A DNA stretch of 64,000 nt from Minisyncoccota bacterium. GTDB taxonomy: Bacteria; Patescibacteriota; Minisyncoccia; Phycocordibacterales; UBA9973. The position numbers were made by a program, and so were the translations under genes. Positions 47,006-57,332 of the stretch are shown here, one piece after another (the stretch's first letter is position 1; each line of letters begins with the position of its first letter). The stretch spans positions 1 through 64,000 of the forward strand of contig JBAZWP010000001.1 in NCBI GenBank assembly GCA_041660345.1. Reading direction: 5' to 3'. The notes below the pieces were generated by a model. The model made no database searches, was not told the DNA's origin, and saw only the letters and a list, made by a program, of their open reading frames with translations.

Positions 47006-47151
47006 AGTTTAGTCCTTTTAGTTTGAGCTTCTCGAATTTTATTAATGTGATTTTCAATAGCCCTATTAAGTCTATTATCGACAAAAAGGGGTATTGGTTC
47101 ACCTTTTAAAGCTCTGTGAGCGAAAAATTTAATTTTACCATATCTCATAAT
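46966..47151 (-). CDS. hypothetical small protein (start uncertain)
   Basis: The track start at 47166 lies inside the promoter -10; ATG at 47151 (MRYGK) is the first possible start downstream of the promoter. Confidence 0.2.
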   Translation of the reverse strand: MMRYGKIKFFAHRALKGEPIPLFVDNRLNRAIENHINKIREAQTKRTKLCHRQYNEFRSLG

Positions 47152-47157
47152 GCATGT

Positions 47158-47186
47158 AATATACAATAAAAAAAGTAAAATGTCAA
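47158..47186 (-). promoter_or_regulatory. consensus sigma70 promoter cassette (TTGACA-17-TATATT)
   Basis: Minus-strand TTGACA 47181-47186, TATATT 47158-47163. Confidence 0.5.
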
Positions 47187-47428
47187 GCTGTTTTTTTAAA
47201 TATCCAATGAGCTATTATTTGACCATGACATCTTAAATTATCTAATGATTGGTCTTTATCATGTAATTCAAAATTACCACAGTAACATGACATTATTAAG
47301 AAATTGTTTTGTTTATAGCTTTCAATTAATTGCGATATATCAATCTTATTGTATTGCACAGCTTGATAATAAAGTTTTAAACTTTCACTTAATGTATATA
47401 CTTTAGTGGTGTACTTAGACTTTCTCAC
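47183..47428 (-). CDS. hypothetical protein
   Basis: 81-aa ORF. Confidence 0.3.
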   Translation of the reverse strand: MRKSKYTTKVYTLSESLKLYYQAVQYNKIDISQLIESYKQNNFLIMSCYCGNFELHDKDQSLDNLRCHGQIIAHWIFKKTA

Positions 47429-47668
47429 TGGATAGGGGTTACCATAAATAGATGGTCTTCCAATATAAATAACGGGAGGTGTTATATTAAAACCAGAATT
47501 TATAATTTTAATAATAAGAAACTCTTCTCGTCTTTTTCTATTAATGCTTTAATATCGTTAAGTACACCAAACATTTTTAGATATTCATCAATATCTAATT
47601 CTTCATATGAATTTAAATATCTGCGTATTAGTTCAATAGCATTTTTTAATTCTTCATGTTCTGTCATG

Positions 47669-47956
47669 CTAACTTTCGCGTATTATATTACATAATTCAT
47701 TATTATTATGTTTAGTATAATATTTCTCTACTGGTGAGAGCATTTCTTCAAAGATACTACTAGCAATAACTGCAAGTTCATCTTCAGTTGTATAATTATA
47801 ATTATCCCTAGCTTGTTTTATAGCTTCTTTTCCTTTTAATATAATGCTATCCTTAATATCTATTTTAGTTTTAGGTTTAGGTTTAGCTATAGTTTTAGGT
47901 TTAGCTTTAGTTTTAACAGCTTTAGTCTTAGTTGTAGTAGTCTTAGTTTTATTCAT
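47669..47956 (-). CDS. Lys/Thr-rich histone-H1-like small protein
   Basis: N-terminal TTTTKTKAVKTKAKPKTIAKPKPKTK tract encoded by ggtttag-type DNA repeats. Confidence 0.35.
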   Translation of the reverse strand: MNKTKTTTTKTKAVKTKAKPKTIAKPKPKTKIDIKDSIILKGKEAIKQARDNYNYTTEDELAVIASSIFEEMLSPVEKYYTKHNNNELCNIIRES

Positions 47957-47968
47957 TTTATACCTTTC

Positions 47969-49219
47969 TTATGTTCCATGTTCCCAATTATTTAAATAAT
48001 GCTCTTGCTCTTCAGTTAACTCGTCTATATCAATTTCCATAGCATCTAATTTAAGTTTAGCTATTTCTTTATCTAATTCAATAGGCATGCGATAAACCTT
48101 TTTCATTAGTGTGTGGTGATTATTAACTAAATAGATAGCTGCCATTACTTGATTTGCAAACGACATATCCATAACCGCAGATGGATGACCCTCAGCAGAT
48201 GCTAAATTAATAAGTCGACCCTCTCCTAATATATTAATTTTAATACCTGTTTTTAAAGTATATTCAACATTATTATCACGAATTACTCTTTTAAATTTAG
48301 TCATCTTTTCAAGAGCTTCAAGATTTAACTCAACATTAAAGTGACCACTATTTGCTACCATAGCACCATTTTTCATATTAGAAAACTCACCCATATCTAT
48401 TACATTAATATTGCCGGTAACTGTGCAGAAGAAGTCGCCAATTCTAGAAGCTTCTCTTATTGTCATTACTTCAAACCCATCCATAACAGCTTCTAATGCC
48501 TTAATAGGATCAATTTCAGTAATAATAACACGAGCACCTAAACCTTTAGCTCTCATAGCGATACCTTTACCGCACCAACCATAACCACAAACAACAAATA
48601 TGGAACCAGCTAATAATCTGTTAGTTGCTCTTATAATACCGTCGATTGTACTTTGACCTGTGCCGTATCGATTATCAAAAAGATGTTTAGTATCTGCGTC
48701 ATTAACCGCTATTACTGGATATTTTAACGCATCTTCTTCTTCCATTGCACGTAATCTAATAACCCCAGTAGTTGTTTCTTCAGTACCACCTAGAACTTTA
48801 CTTAAATCAAAATCCTTATGTAATGTTGTTAATAAGTCAGCGCCATCATCCATAGTAATATGTGGTTCACTTTCTAATGCATCAAATATATGTCTATAAT
48901 AGATATCTGAATTTTCACCTCTTATAGCATAAACGGGTATTTCCATATCTCGAACAATGGAAGCTGCAACATCGTCCTGAGTTGATAATGGATTAGATGC
49001 ACATAATACTACATTAGCACCAGCGATCTTTAGTGTTTCAACAAGATTAGCAGTTTCAGTTGTAACATGCATGCAAGCTGCAATATTAATATCCTTAAGT
49101 GGTTTATAAGCACCATATCTTCCTTTAAGCAGATTTAATACCGGCATATCTTGTGCTGCCCATTGAATTCTTAGTCTACCTTTATCTGCGATATGAATAT
49201 CTTTTATATCACATTTCAT
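47969..49219 (-). CDS. ahcY: S-adenosyl-L-homocysteine hydrolase
   Basis: 416 aa; [12 protein letters not shown]...MPVL N-terminus and NAD-binding [10 protein letters not shown] Rossmann motif typical of AdoHcyase; 4-nt overlap with metK. Confidence 0.85.
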   Translation of the reverse strand: MKCDIKDIHIADKGRLRIQWAAQDMPVLNLLKGRYGAYKPLKDINIAACMHVTTETANLVETLKIAGANVVLCASNPLSTQDDVAASIVRDMEIPVYAIRGENSDIYYRHIFDALESEPHITMDDGADLLTTLHKDFDLSKVLGGTEETTTGVIRLRAMEEEDALKYPVIAVNDADTKHLFDNRYGTGQSTIDGIIRATNRLLAGSIFVVCGYGWCGKGIAMRAKGLGARVIITEIDPIKALEAVMDGFEVMTIREASRIGDFFCTVTGNINVIDMGEFSNMKNGAMVANSGHFNVELNLEALEKMTKFKRVIRDNNVEYTLKTGIKINILGEGRLINLASAEGHPSAVMDMSFANQVMAAIYLVNNHHTLMKKVYRMPIELDKEIAKLKLDAMEIDIDELTEEQEHYLNNWEHGT

Positions 49220-50385
49220 AATCCAGCTTCCCTTCTTATTAATTGTACTTTATCATCCTTTTCCCATGTAAATTCTAATTCAGTTCGTCCAAAATGACCA
49301 TAATTACTTGTAAGACTATAAATAGGTCTTAGTAAATCTAATGTCTGAATAATACCAGCTGGTTTTAAGTTAAATAAACCTTTTATAATAGCTATTATTC
49401 TACTTTCTTCAATTTTACTTGTACCAAATGTATTAACATTAACTGAAATAGGTTCTGGGTATCCTATAGCGTATGATAGTTGTACTTCACATTCACTTGC
49501 TAATTTTGCCATTACAATATTCTTAGCAATATAACGAGCCATGTAGCTTGCAGACCTATCTACCTTTGATGGATCTTTACCACTAAATGCACCTCCACCA
49601 TGTCTACCGCTTCCACCATAAGTATCAACAATGATTTTTCGACCTGTTAAACCAGTATCACCATGAGGACCACCTATTTCAAATTTACCTGTCGGGTTAA
49701 TAAAGTACTTAGTATTTTCTAATAGCTTACTTGGTATTACTTTTTTAATTACATGTTCTATAACGCCTTCTTTTAATGTTTCATACTTAACATCTGGTGT
49801 ATGCTGCGTACTTAAAACTATTGTATCGATATATACAGGTTTACTATTAATATATTTGAATGTTACTTGTGATTTACCGTCTGGTCTAATGAAGTATAAG
49901 TCTTTATTTTTTCTAATTTTTGTAAGTTGTTTGGTTAAAAGGTGTGCATAATAAATCGGTGCAGGCATATATACATCTGTCTCATTACAGGCGTAACCAA
50001 ACATCATGCCTTGATCACCAGCACCCTGTTCTTTATATAAACCATCTCCTTCTGTTACACCCTGACTAATATCATCGGATTGTTTGTCTAAAGTAACTAT
50101 AACTCCGCATGATTTATAATCAAACCCTGTATCAGGATCGTCATAACCAATATCTTTAATTGTATCTCTAACTATTTTTTGAATATCTAATTGTGCTCTT
50201 GAAGTTATTTCACCTGCTACTACAACTAATCCTGTTGTTACAAGTGTTTCACATCCAACACGCGATTTAATATCTACCTTTAAACATTCATCTAAAATAG
50301 TGTCAGATATTTTATCGCAAATCTTATCTGGGTGTCCTTCGGTAACGGACTCACTAGTAAATAAAAAATCTTTACCTTTTTTCAT
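49216..50385 (-). CDS. metK: S-adenosylmethionine synthetase
   Basis: [20 protein letters not shown] signature, [16 protein letters not shown] and DTYGG motifs. Confidence 0.9.
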   Translation of the reverse strand: MKKGKDFLFTSESVTEGHPDKICDKISDTILDECLKVDIKSRVGCETLVTTGLVVVAGEITSRAQLDIQKIVRDTIKDIGYDDPDTGFDYKSCGVIVTLDKQSDDISQGVTEGDGLYKEQGAGDQGMMFGYACNETDVYMPAPIYYAHLLTKQLTKIRKNKDLYFIRPDGKSQVTFKYINSKPVYIDTIVLSTQHTPDVKYETLKEGVIEHVIKKVIPSKLLENTKYFINPTGKFEIGGPHGDTGLTGRKIIVDTYGGSGRHGGGAFSGKDPSKVDRSASYMARYIAKNIVMAKLASECEVQLSYAIGYPEPISVNVNTFGTSKIEESRIIAIIKGLFNLKPAGIIQTLDLLRPIYSLTSNYGHFGRTELEFTWEKDDKVQLIRREAGL

Positions 50386-50392
50386 ATTCTCC

Positions 50393-50674
50393 TTACCATT
50401 TAAAGGGTACTTTTCTAGACTTAATTGTTTGAGTTTTATCTTCTTTAATATTATTTTCTTTTCTTAATCGTTCAATTTCTTTGTACATTTTACCCATTAT
50501 TTCATTATAGCACTTATGACAAACTTGAACGCTTTCTTCCCTACCTGATACTTTGTTACCACTTTCATCAATATAACCACTAATATTATCATTATCAGCT
50601 ATATGACACAAATAGTTTATTGTATTAAAACTATTTATTTCTTTTTCACAGGTATCACAAAAATATTTAATCAT
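50393..50674 (-). CDS. zinc-ribbon small protein
   Basis: CDTCEK...CHKCYN. Confidence 0.3.
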   Translation of the reverse strand: MIKYFCDTCEKEINSFNTINYLCHIADNDNISGYIDESGNKVSGREESVQVCHKCYNEIMGKMYKEIERLRKENNIKEDKTQTIKSRKVPFKW

Positions 50675-50913
50675 ATTTGGTTTTCATCTCTTTTAATTAC
50701 GTTTAAGAAATCAACTTTTTTAGGTTTAGATACATCTGATTTTCTTAATAACAATTCTTCTCTAACCAATCTTTTTATTGTTTCTATTTCAGATGACGCT
50801 TTTTTTTCAAAAGCACTTTTTCTTAAATCAATACCTTTAAAATATAAATTTTCTCTATTCATTTTTATTCCGATTAATAACTGAATTAATTGACATATCT
50901 CTTTCTTTACCAA
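50671..50913 (-). CDS. hypothetical small protein
   Basis: 80-aa ORF. Confidence 0.25.
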   Translation of the reverse strand: MVKKEICQLIQLLIGIKMNRENLYFKGIDLRKSAFEKKASSEIETIKRLVREELLLRKSDVSKPKKVDFLNVIKRDENQI

Positions 50914-51895
50914 TTGCTTTAGTTGGTTTTGGTTTAGACTTCGGTCTCTTCTTCTGTTTTCTGCCCCTAGTATTAAAGTTTTCAGTTACATACATCTCTG
51001 AATCACTCACTACACCCTTGAAAAATTCACCAATTGGGTCTTCACCACCACGCTCAACTATTCTCGGGTCTAATTTATGGTATGTTCTTACTTTCTTATA
51101 TTTATTTTGATGCTTAGGTTGTACTGTATGGTTTCTAACAGGGTATGGGTTACCCTTCATATCAAATAGTGTCCAACCACCTCTTGTATTTTCGTTATTA
51201 GTTTGTGATTCAGGTTCTTCTTCTATATTTTTATACTTATCAATAAGGTCAATACACTTATCGCCCCAATTATCAGGTGGTTCATCTAAAACTAATTTTT
51301 TACGCTGAATTCTTTTTAAGGTCTTAATGTAATTTCGATTACCATATTTATCTAATAACCATGTCTTCCAAAATGCGTACCATACTTTAAATTCATTTAG
51401 GTAATCATCTTTTGAAATTATTCGCATATCACCACGAAGACTTCTTTCAAAATTTACCTTATAGTTAGCTGTTAAATGAATTAGTTGCATTAATTTATCT
51501 TCGCGTTCTCTTATATCTTTTAAAACACTATCAGGAACAGCACTACAATGCTTTTCTAAATAATTTATATTATAATTAGCTATCTCTATAGCTATAAATA
51601 TATCTATTTCAGACATATCTGTAGGGTCTACATCATCTAAGTATGAATGTTTAAGTTTGTAGCGCTCCATAGCATTATCATCAATATATAATACGACAGA
51701 TTTAGCTACATTATTTGCATATTGTTTGGCGTATTCTTTTAAACCATTTTTAAATTTACGAGTATCTTCTTTAGAAAGACCACCTGACTTTTTAATTGCA
51801 TCTAATGGTGTTAAAATTTCCCCGTTACTTTTTGTACTACACGCAATTTTAGTACATAATTCTGCATCTAATTTTTTAAAACTTTTATAGCTCAT
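50855..51895 (-). CDS. hypothetical protein with basic C-terminal tail
   Basis: 346-aa ORF ending in RGRKQKKRPKSKPKPTK. Confidence 0.35.
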   Translation of the reverse strand: MSYKSFKKLDAELCTKIACSTKSNGEILTPLDAIKKSGGLSKEDTRKFKNGLKEYAKQYANNVAKSVVLYIDDNAMERYKLKHSYLDDVDPTDMSEIDIFIAIEIANYNINYLEKHCSAVPDSVLKDIREREDKLMQLIHLTANYKVNFERSLRGDMRIISKDDYLNEFKVWYAFWKTWLLDKYGNRNYIKTLKRIQRKKLVLDEPPDNWGDKCIDLIDKYKNIEEEPESQTNNENTRGGWTLFDMKGNPYPVRNHTVQPKHQNKYKKVRTYHKLDPRIVERGGEDPIGEFFKGVVSDSEMYVTENFNTRGRKQKKRPKSKPKPTKAIGKERDMSINSVINRNKNE

Positions 51896-53055
51896 ATTTC
51901 TTGATATACAAAATTTTTATTTTGAAAGTTAGTCATTTCTACTTTATTATTTGAATAATTAAAGAAATCTGGATTAATTGGTATTTTACCACCACCGCCA
52001 GGCGCATCTATAACAAATGATGGTATAGCATAACCACTTGTATGACCACGTAAACCTTTTATAATATCGATACCATCCTGAACTTTAGTCCTAAAGTGTG
52101 CCGATCCCGTAATGGGATCACATTGATAGATGTAATAAGGTCTTACGCGTCTTATTAAAAGCTTATGCATTAATGATTTCATTGTTTCTATATCGTTATT
52201 TATACCTTTTAATAGTACAGTTTGGCTACCCAATACTATCCCAGCATTAGCTAGCATATCACAAGCATTCTTATTCTCAATTGTGCATTCATCTGGGTGT
52301 GTAAAATGAACCGACATATAAACAGGATGATACTTTGAAATCATTTTAACAAGTGTTGGCGTGATTCTTTGAGGTAAAACAACAGGTATCTTAGTTCCTA
52401 TGCGAATTATCTCAATATGTGGTATATTTCTTAAACTTTTTAACAGATACTCCAAATGTTCATTGGAAAGTGTTAATGGATCACCACCTGAAAGTATCAC
52501 ATCTCGAATCTGGGGCGTTTTCCTTATGTAGTTGATAGATTCGTCCCAATTCGCTATATTAATCGTCTGGTGGTTACCTACAGCTCGACTGCGTGTACAA
52601 AAACGACAATATGATGAGCATATACCAGTCGTTAAGAATAACGCACGGTCTGGATACCTATGTACAATTCCTTCACAAGGTGAAGTTAAATCCTCTGATA
52701 ATGGGTCGTCTGACTCATTATTTCCTTGTATGAACTCATTACAAGTGGGTATCATCGTAGACCTTAGTTTATTATCATATATCAGTGACATATAATAAGG
52801 CGTTACAGCAAAAGGTAGGATATATTTACTATTTAAAAAGGCGGATTCTTCGTTATGTGATAGTCTTGTAATCCTTTTTAACTTTTCAAGTGTGGTAATT
52901 CTATTTTTAAATTGCCACTTCCAGTCGTTCCATTCTCTAAGTGATATATCTGAGTAAAATTGTTTTTTAAAATTGTAAGTTTTGGTATTTATACTTGGAG
53001 GTTTCTCATCAACCTCACCTTTAATAAGTGATTCAGCACATTCAGCAACTTCCAT
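51892..53055 (-). CDS. lysine 2,3-aminomutase-like radical SAM enzyme
   Basis: CSSYCRFCTRS (CxxxCxxC) radical-SAM cluster motif plus ILSGGDPL motif typical of the KamA/EpmB family. Confidence 0.8.
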   Translation of the reverse strand: MEVAECAESLIKGEVDEKPPSINTKTYNFKKQFYSDISLREWNDWKWQFKNRITTLEKLKRITRLSHNEESAFLNSKYILPFAVTPYYMSLIYDNKLRSTMIPTCNEFIQGNNESDDPLSEDLTSPCEGIVHRYPDRALFLTTGICSSYCRFCTRSRAVGNHQTINIANWDESINYIRKTPQIRDVILSGGDPLTLSNEHLEYLLKSLRNIPHIEIIRIGTKIPVVLPQRITPTLVKMISKYHPVYMSVHFTHPDECTIENKNACDMLANAGIVLGSQTVLLKGINNDIETMKSLMHKLLIRRVRPYYIYQCDPITGSAHFRTKVQDGIDIIKGLRGHTSGYAIPSFVIDAPGGGGKIPINPDFFNYSNNKVEMTNFQNKNFVYQEI

Positions 53056-53100
53056 TTTATTCCTTTCATGAATAGATGTTATTAAAGTTCGATTAAGAAA

Positions 53101-53493
53101 TTATATATTAGAAAGCGATTGCATTATAGCGCTAGCTTGGGCTTTATCTGTACACATGAATTTAGCATTAACATCAACCGTGAAATATTTATTAAACTCA
53201 TCTCCAGTAACGGTTATACTTGTAATATTTTCTTTTGCTAATACAGGCTTATATCTTTCTTTAAAAACATAGTCACTAAGCACTTGTGTAGTGCTATCTG
53301 TAAGCACTATCCAATCATTTAAATCAACAAGTAAATTTGAATGACTTAATTCAAATGACTTATCACTAACCGGTGTAATATACATTGCACGTTCGCTTAG
53401 AAATTTGAATAATTTCTCAAAGTCACCAGTCCACTGAAAAGCGTCAAATTCTTTTTTAGATATATATTTCATTTTAATCCTCTCATATACCAT
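53101..53493 (-). CDS. hypothetical protein
   Basis: 130-aa ORF. Confidence 0.3.
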   Translation of the reverse strand: MVYERIKMKYISKKEFDAFQWTGDFEKLFKFLSERAMYITPVSDKSFELSHSNLLVDLNDWIVLTDSTTQVLSDYVFKERYKPVLAKENITSITVTGDEFNKYFTVDVNAKFMCTDKAQASAIMQSLSNI

Positions 53494-54440
53494 TCAACTG
53501 TTTGTTTAATTCCATCCTTAAACTCTGTTCGAGGAGCCCATTTAAGCGCACCTTTTAATTTATCACAATTAATTGCGTATCTAAAATCGTGCCCTTTTCT
53601 ATCTTCAACAAAAGTAATCAACGACTTATACTTATTAGGTGATTCATTGCGACATATAGCAACTTCTGCACATAGTGTATTTACAATTTCTAAATTATTC
53701 TTTTCACAGTTGCCACCAATATTATATGTTTCACCTAATTTACCTTCAGTTAATATCTTCCATATAGCGCTGCAATGGTCTTCAACATATAACCAATCTC
53801 TTACGTTATCGCCTTTACCATATACTGGTATTGGTTTATTATTTAAAATGCGATTTATAGTTAATGGTATAAGCTTCTCTCGATGCTGATAAGGTCCATA
53901 ATTATTTGAACAATTACTAATAGTATATTTGATTCCATATGTATGTCCATATGCTCTAACTAAATGGTCACTAGACGCTTTGCTTGCACTATAGGGTGAT
54001 TTAGGATCATAAGGTGTTTTTTCATAAAAATAACCTTTCTTACCTAAACTACCATATACTTCATCTGTTGAAACATGATGTAATCTTAATTTATAATCTT
54101 TTACTTCTTCTAGTACTCTAAAAGTTCCTTTTATATTTGTTTCTATAAAATGGTCAGGGTGAGCTATTGAATTATCAACATGAGATTCTGCAGCAAAATG
54201 AACTACAGTATCAATTTTAAGATCACGAATTACTTTTTTTAATTCAGGATATTTACAAATATCTCCAAAACAAAAATCAAAATTATCCTTTTTTAGGAGT
54301 GGTTCAAGATATTCTTTATTACCTGCATATGTTAGCTTATCAAAAATAACATAATAATCATCTGTTCTATTTAAACTATCTAGGTAATAACAAAAATTTG
54401 TACCTATAAAACCAGCACCACCAGTTATTAATATATTCAT
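53469..54440 (-). CDS. rfbB: dTDP-glucose 4,6-dehydratase
   Basis: MNILITGGAGFIGTNF NAD-binding motif and YSASK (YxxxK) catalytic motif of short-chain dehydratases. Confidence 0.85.
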   Translation of the reverse strand: MNILITGGAGFIGTNFCYYLDSLNRTDDYYVIFDKLTYAGNKEYLEPLLKKDNFDFCFGDICKYPELKKVIRDLKIDTVVHFAAESHVDNSIAHPDHFIETNIKGTFRVLEEVKDYKLRLHHVSTDEVYGSLGKKGYFYEKTPYDPKSPYSASKASSDHLVRAYGHTYGIKYTISNCSNNYGPYQHREKLIPLTINRILNNKPIPVYGKGDNVRDWLYVEDHCSAIWKILTEGKLGETYNIGGNCEKNNLEIVNTLCAEVAICRNESPNKYKSLITFVEDRKGHDFRYAINCDKLKGALKWAPRTEFKDGIKQTVEWYMRGLK

Positions 54441-54443
54441 ATT

Positions 54444-54707
54444 TTACTCCATCTTAGGTAGTATATAATACCATAAGTTTGATTGATGTAAATCGTGGCC
54501 AGGTTGTTCTATATAACTCATTTCACCCATTAAATTAACTATGTAACCTTTAGCAATATGCCATCGTTTATCAGCAGTGAATCTACCATTATACACATCT
54601 TGATAATTTATAAAAGTACTTGTAACGTCTTTTATTTCAAAAAACCATACTGCACAGTCATCATCGCCATTTGGTTTTATAATTGCAAGATTTAATAATT
54701 CAACCAT
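54444..54707 (-). CDS. hypothetical protein (paralog of 57090..57332)
   Basis: LLNLxxxKPNxDDxCAVWF...TADKRW shared motif. Confidence 0.35.
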   Translation of the reverse strand: MVELLNLAIIKPNGDDDCAVWFFEIKDVTSTFINYQDVYNGRFTADKRWHIAKGYIVNLMGEMSYIEQPGHDLHQSNLWYYILPKME

Positions 54708-55620
54708 CGTGTACCATTTTAAAATAAGATGTTAAGTCTATATCACGTACAGCTATATCATTAACAACTGCTTCTGAACATTTTGCTACAGAAATACCTT
54801 CTTTATCTCTTATTTCTTTTACAAGTTCTATATGAATATTAATAAAATCGTCCTTATTTTTCTCTAAATTTATAAATAATATTTTATCCTTATAATCTAT
54901 TTCAATATCAACACGCCCATCACTACCAGGACCCGGTGTTAATTCAACTGAAGTATCACCATAAAAAGCTTCAGCTCTAACTACTACTTCTTTAGCTGAC
55001 TGGATTAGATAAGGTGAAAACTCTTTTCCTCGATACCCATCCCAACCTTCTTTAAATTGTAAATAAGAATCAAGCTCTCTTATAGCCTTACCATAAGTGT
55101 TTTTATCAAAATATTCTATAAGTTTATTAAAAAACTCATCGTTACAATTTTCTAAGTTGCTAGGTATAAGATCGCTTAAGCTAACTTTAGCAGGTTTTTT
55201 ATCAGGATACTTTTCTAAATATATCTTAAAAGCTTTTTTAGCTATTTCTTTTGCTTCTTCAAAACTACAATTTTTTGCTCTTAAAACAAGTGTTATTCCA
55301 TAATAACCATCTTCATCTTCACCAAATTGAATCACATTTTCATTAAAGATAACACCATCACGTTCTCTTTCTTTTAATGGGTGAAGTTCGCCTTTATCTA
55401 TATTATTTTCTAATTTTTCAATTTCATCTTTAAATATGGCTATCTCCCAATACTCTTTTACTAGCTCAGGTACTTTTTCTAAAAAGAGTTGCTCTATACC
55501 TAGTGTAGACGGGTCGTCACTATCTGCGATTATTTTTTCAGCTTTATCTTTATCTGCGGTACATCCAATAAGTTCCCAACTATCATATCTATTGTAATAA
55601 ATTATATAAATAGGCAACAT
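54700..55620 (-). CDS. hypothetical protein
   Basis: 306-aa ORF. Confidence 0.35.
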   Translation of the reverse strand: MLPIYIIYYNRYDSWELIGCTADKDKAEKIIADSDDPSTLGIEQLFLEKVPELVKEYWEIAIFKDEIEKLENNIDKGELHPLKERERDGVIFNENVIQFGEDEDGYYGITLVLRAKNCSFEEAKEIAKKAFKIYLEKYPDKKPAKVSLSDLIPSNLENCNDEFFNKLIEYFDKNTYGKAIRELDSYLQFKEGWDGYRGKEFSPYLIQSAKEVVVRAEAFYGDTSVELTPGPGSDGRVDIEIDYKDKILFINLEKNKDDFINIHIELVKEIRDKEGISVAKCSEAVVNDIAVRDIDLTSYFKMVHDG

Positions 55621-55622
55621 TA

Positions 55623-55826
55623 TTATCTACTTTCCTTTCTATATCGAAAACCATTACCTGTATCGCAACTTAATTCTTTTGTACATCCCCAGTATATTTG
55701 TGGATGCTCCCAATCTTCTTGTTCTTCATAACCAAATTCACAAAAATCACATTTACCTTGATAAGTTCCATCCTTAGATTTATATATACATGTATTTAAA
55801 TTATGCGCTGCCATTAAAAGCTCCAC
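55623..55826 (-). CDS. Cys-rich small protein
   Basis: 67-aa ORF. Confidence 0.25.
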   Translation of the reverse strand: MELLMAAHNLNTCIYKSKDGTYQGKCDFCEFGYEEQEDWEHPQIYWGCTKELSCDTGNGFRYRKESR

Positions 55827-56614
55827 ACACCCTTTAAGAATTTATAAAACTTGTAAGGTTCTATACAACTAAGTCCAGCCATTTGTCCATCATTTAATTC
55901 AATTACAATCCATTTTTTATCTTGTGTAAATGCAATATCAACCACCCAAAAGTTAATATTAGGTGAAACTATTTCTTTAACCTTAGCTAGTAAATCCATA
56001 GCCTCAGTTGGTAAGTCGTTATATTCAGGTCTCTTATCACTAAATGACCAATAGAAACCATATTGAATTAATATATCCTTGTAAAAGAAACATCTCCACT
56101 CATTTGAAATAGGTAATCCATTGTATATTGAATCTTCTAATTTAACAAGTGGTACATATTCTCTTACAGCAATACCTTGTTGACTTATTAATGAATCATC
56201 TAAAAGTCTACCTGCTATATCTCGAACATCATCCTTAGTAGGCGCAAACATCATGCGATTCCATTGGTGTTTACGTGAATTAGTAAGACCTTTAAGAACG
56301 TATGACTTGTCATCAGGTATTTTATTCCATCCTTCAAACCATGTTTTAGGTGTGAACTCAACTAAATCTGGATACCAGTTTCGCATATCAGCTACATATA
56401 AGTGTTGTTCATGCGAATTAATAAGTCGTGAACCTTTAGTAGCTAAATCTTTTTCCAATTCATGATAAAAAGGAAGTACCGAATATCTACCCCAAACAAT
56501 AGAATCTTCTGGGATTTCAGATCGATTAGTTTTCCAGTCAATACACATATCTTTGAGTACATTGTACTCATCCTCTTGATCTCTTGAATATCTAAAAAGT
56601 ATTGTGTTATTCAT
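55814..56614 (-). CDS. ATP-grasp-like enzyme
   Basis: C-terminal WVVDIAFTQDKKWIVIELNDGQMAGL resembles the ATP-grasp ExN Mg-binding strand; a central K-rich segment may be the ATP loop; moderate confidence. Confidence 0.4.
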   Translation of the reverse strand: MNNTILFRYSRDQEDEYNVLKDMCIDWKTNRSEIPEDSIVWGRYSVLPFYHELEKDLATKGSRLINSHEQHLYVADMRNWYPDLVEFTPKTWFEGWNKIPDDKSYVLKGLTNSRKHQWNRMMFAPTKDDVRDIAGRLLDDSLISQQGIAVREYVPLVKLEDSIYNGLPISNEWRCFFYKDILIQYGFYWSFSDKRPEYNDLPTEAMDLLAKVKEIVSPNINFWVVDIAFTQDKKWIVIELNDGQMAGLSCIEPYKFYKFLKGVWSF

Positions 56615-56822
56615 ATTTAAAAGACTTTATAATTCTTTCACATTCTGGTGTTGACTTATGAATACAGTCTATACATATAGGTTTTGAAAGAGGTGATGGT
56701 ATTATTGAGCCATCTTCTGATTCATAATTACCACACTCTTCACCTGTCCATTGTATAAATAATTTATTAAATGTGCAGCCAGCTGGTGGTTTAAAAATTT
56801 CTAAAATTTCAGATTCTCTCAT
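56607..56822 (-). CDS. Cys-containing small protein
   Basis: 71-aa ORF. Confidence 0.25.
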   Translation of the reverse strand: MRESEILEIFKPPAGCTFNKLFIQWTGEECGNYESEDGSIIPSPLSKPICIDCIHKSTPECERIIKSFKYE

Positions 56823-57103
56823 ATAACTCCTAAAACTTTTTGTATTTCTTTTAACTTATCTCTTTGACCATTTGCATATGCTGTTACTGCTATTAGTTCT
56901 AAAGATCTTAAAAATTCTTGCTCTACAAGTGGGCTATTAAATAAATCAGCACTTAATAAATTAAGCTTTGTATTATCTTCTAAATTAACTGTTATATGAA
57001 ATTCATTACCAGCATGTGACGCACTAGGTCTATAACCTACATCACATCTACATATGCTCTTAATTGTATTGTAAAATTCTATAATATCGCTATCTCTTAT
57101 CAT
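56819..57103 (-). CDS. hypothetical protein
   Basis: 94-aa ORF. Confidence 0.3.
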   Translation of the reverse strand: MIRDSDIIEFYNTIKSICRCDVGYRPSASHAGNEFHITVNLEDNTKLNLLSADLFNSPLVEQEFLRSLELIAVTAYANGQRDKLKEIQKVLGVI

Positions 57104-57332
57104 TTGTTACTCCTATATTAGGTAATATTACATAAAACAAATATGGTTCATTATTAACATATCTACCTATTTGAATTAATTCAAAACCCATCATAATAAT
57201 CCATCTTTTATCAGCAGTAACATCCCATTTTGTTAATCCCTCTAAAACAGTATTATCACTATAAGGAGGATAAAACCAAACAGCACATATGTCTTCATTA
57301 TTTGGTTTTGTATTTGATAAATTTAAAAGCAT
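57090..57332 (-). CDS. hypothetical protein (paralog of 54444..54707)
   Basis: MLLNLSNTKPNNEDICAVWF...TADKRW. Confidence 0.35.
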   Translation of the reverse strand: MLLNLSNTKPNNEDICAVWFYPPYSDNTVLEGLTKWDVTADKRWIIMMGFELIQIGRYVNNEPYLFYVILPNIGVTNDKR

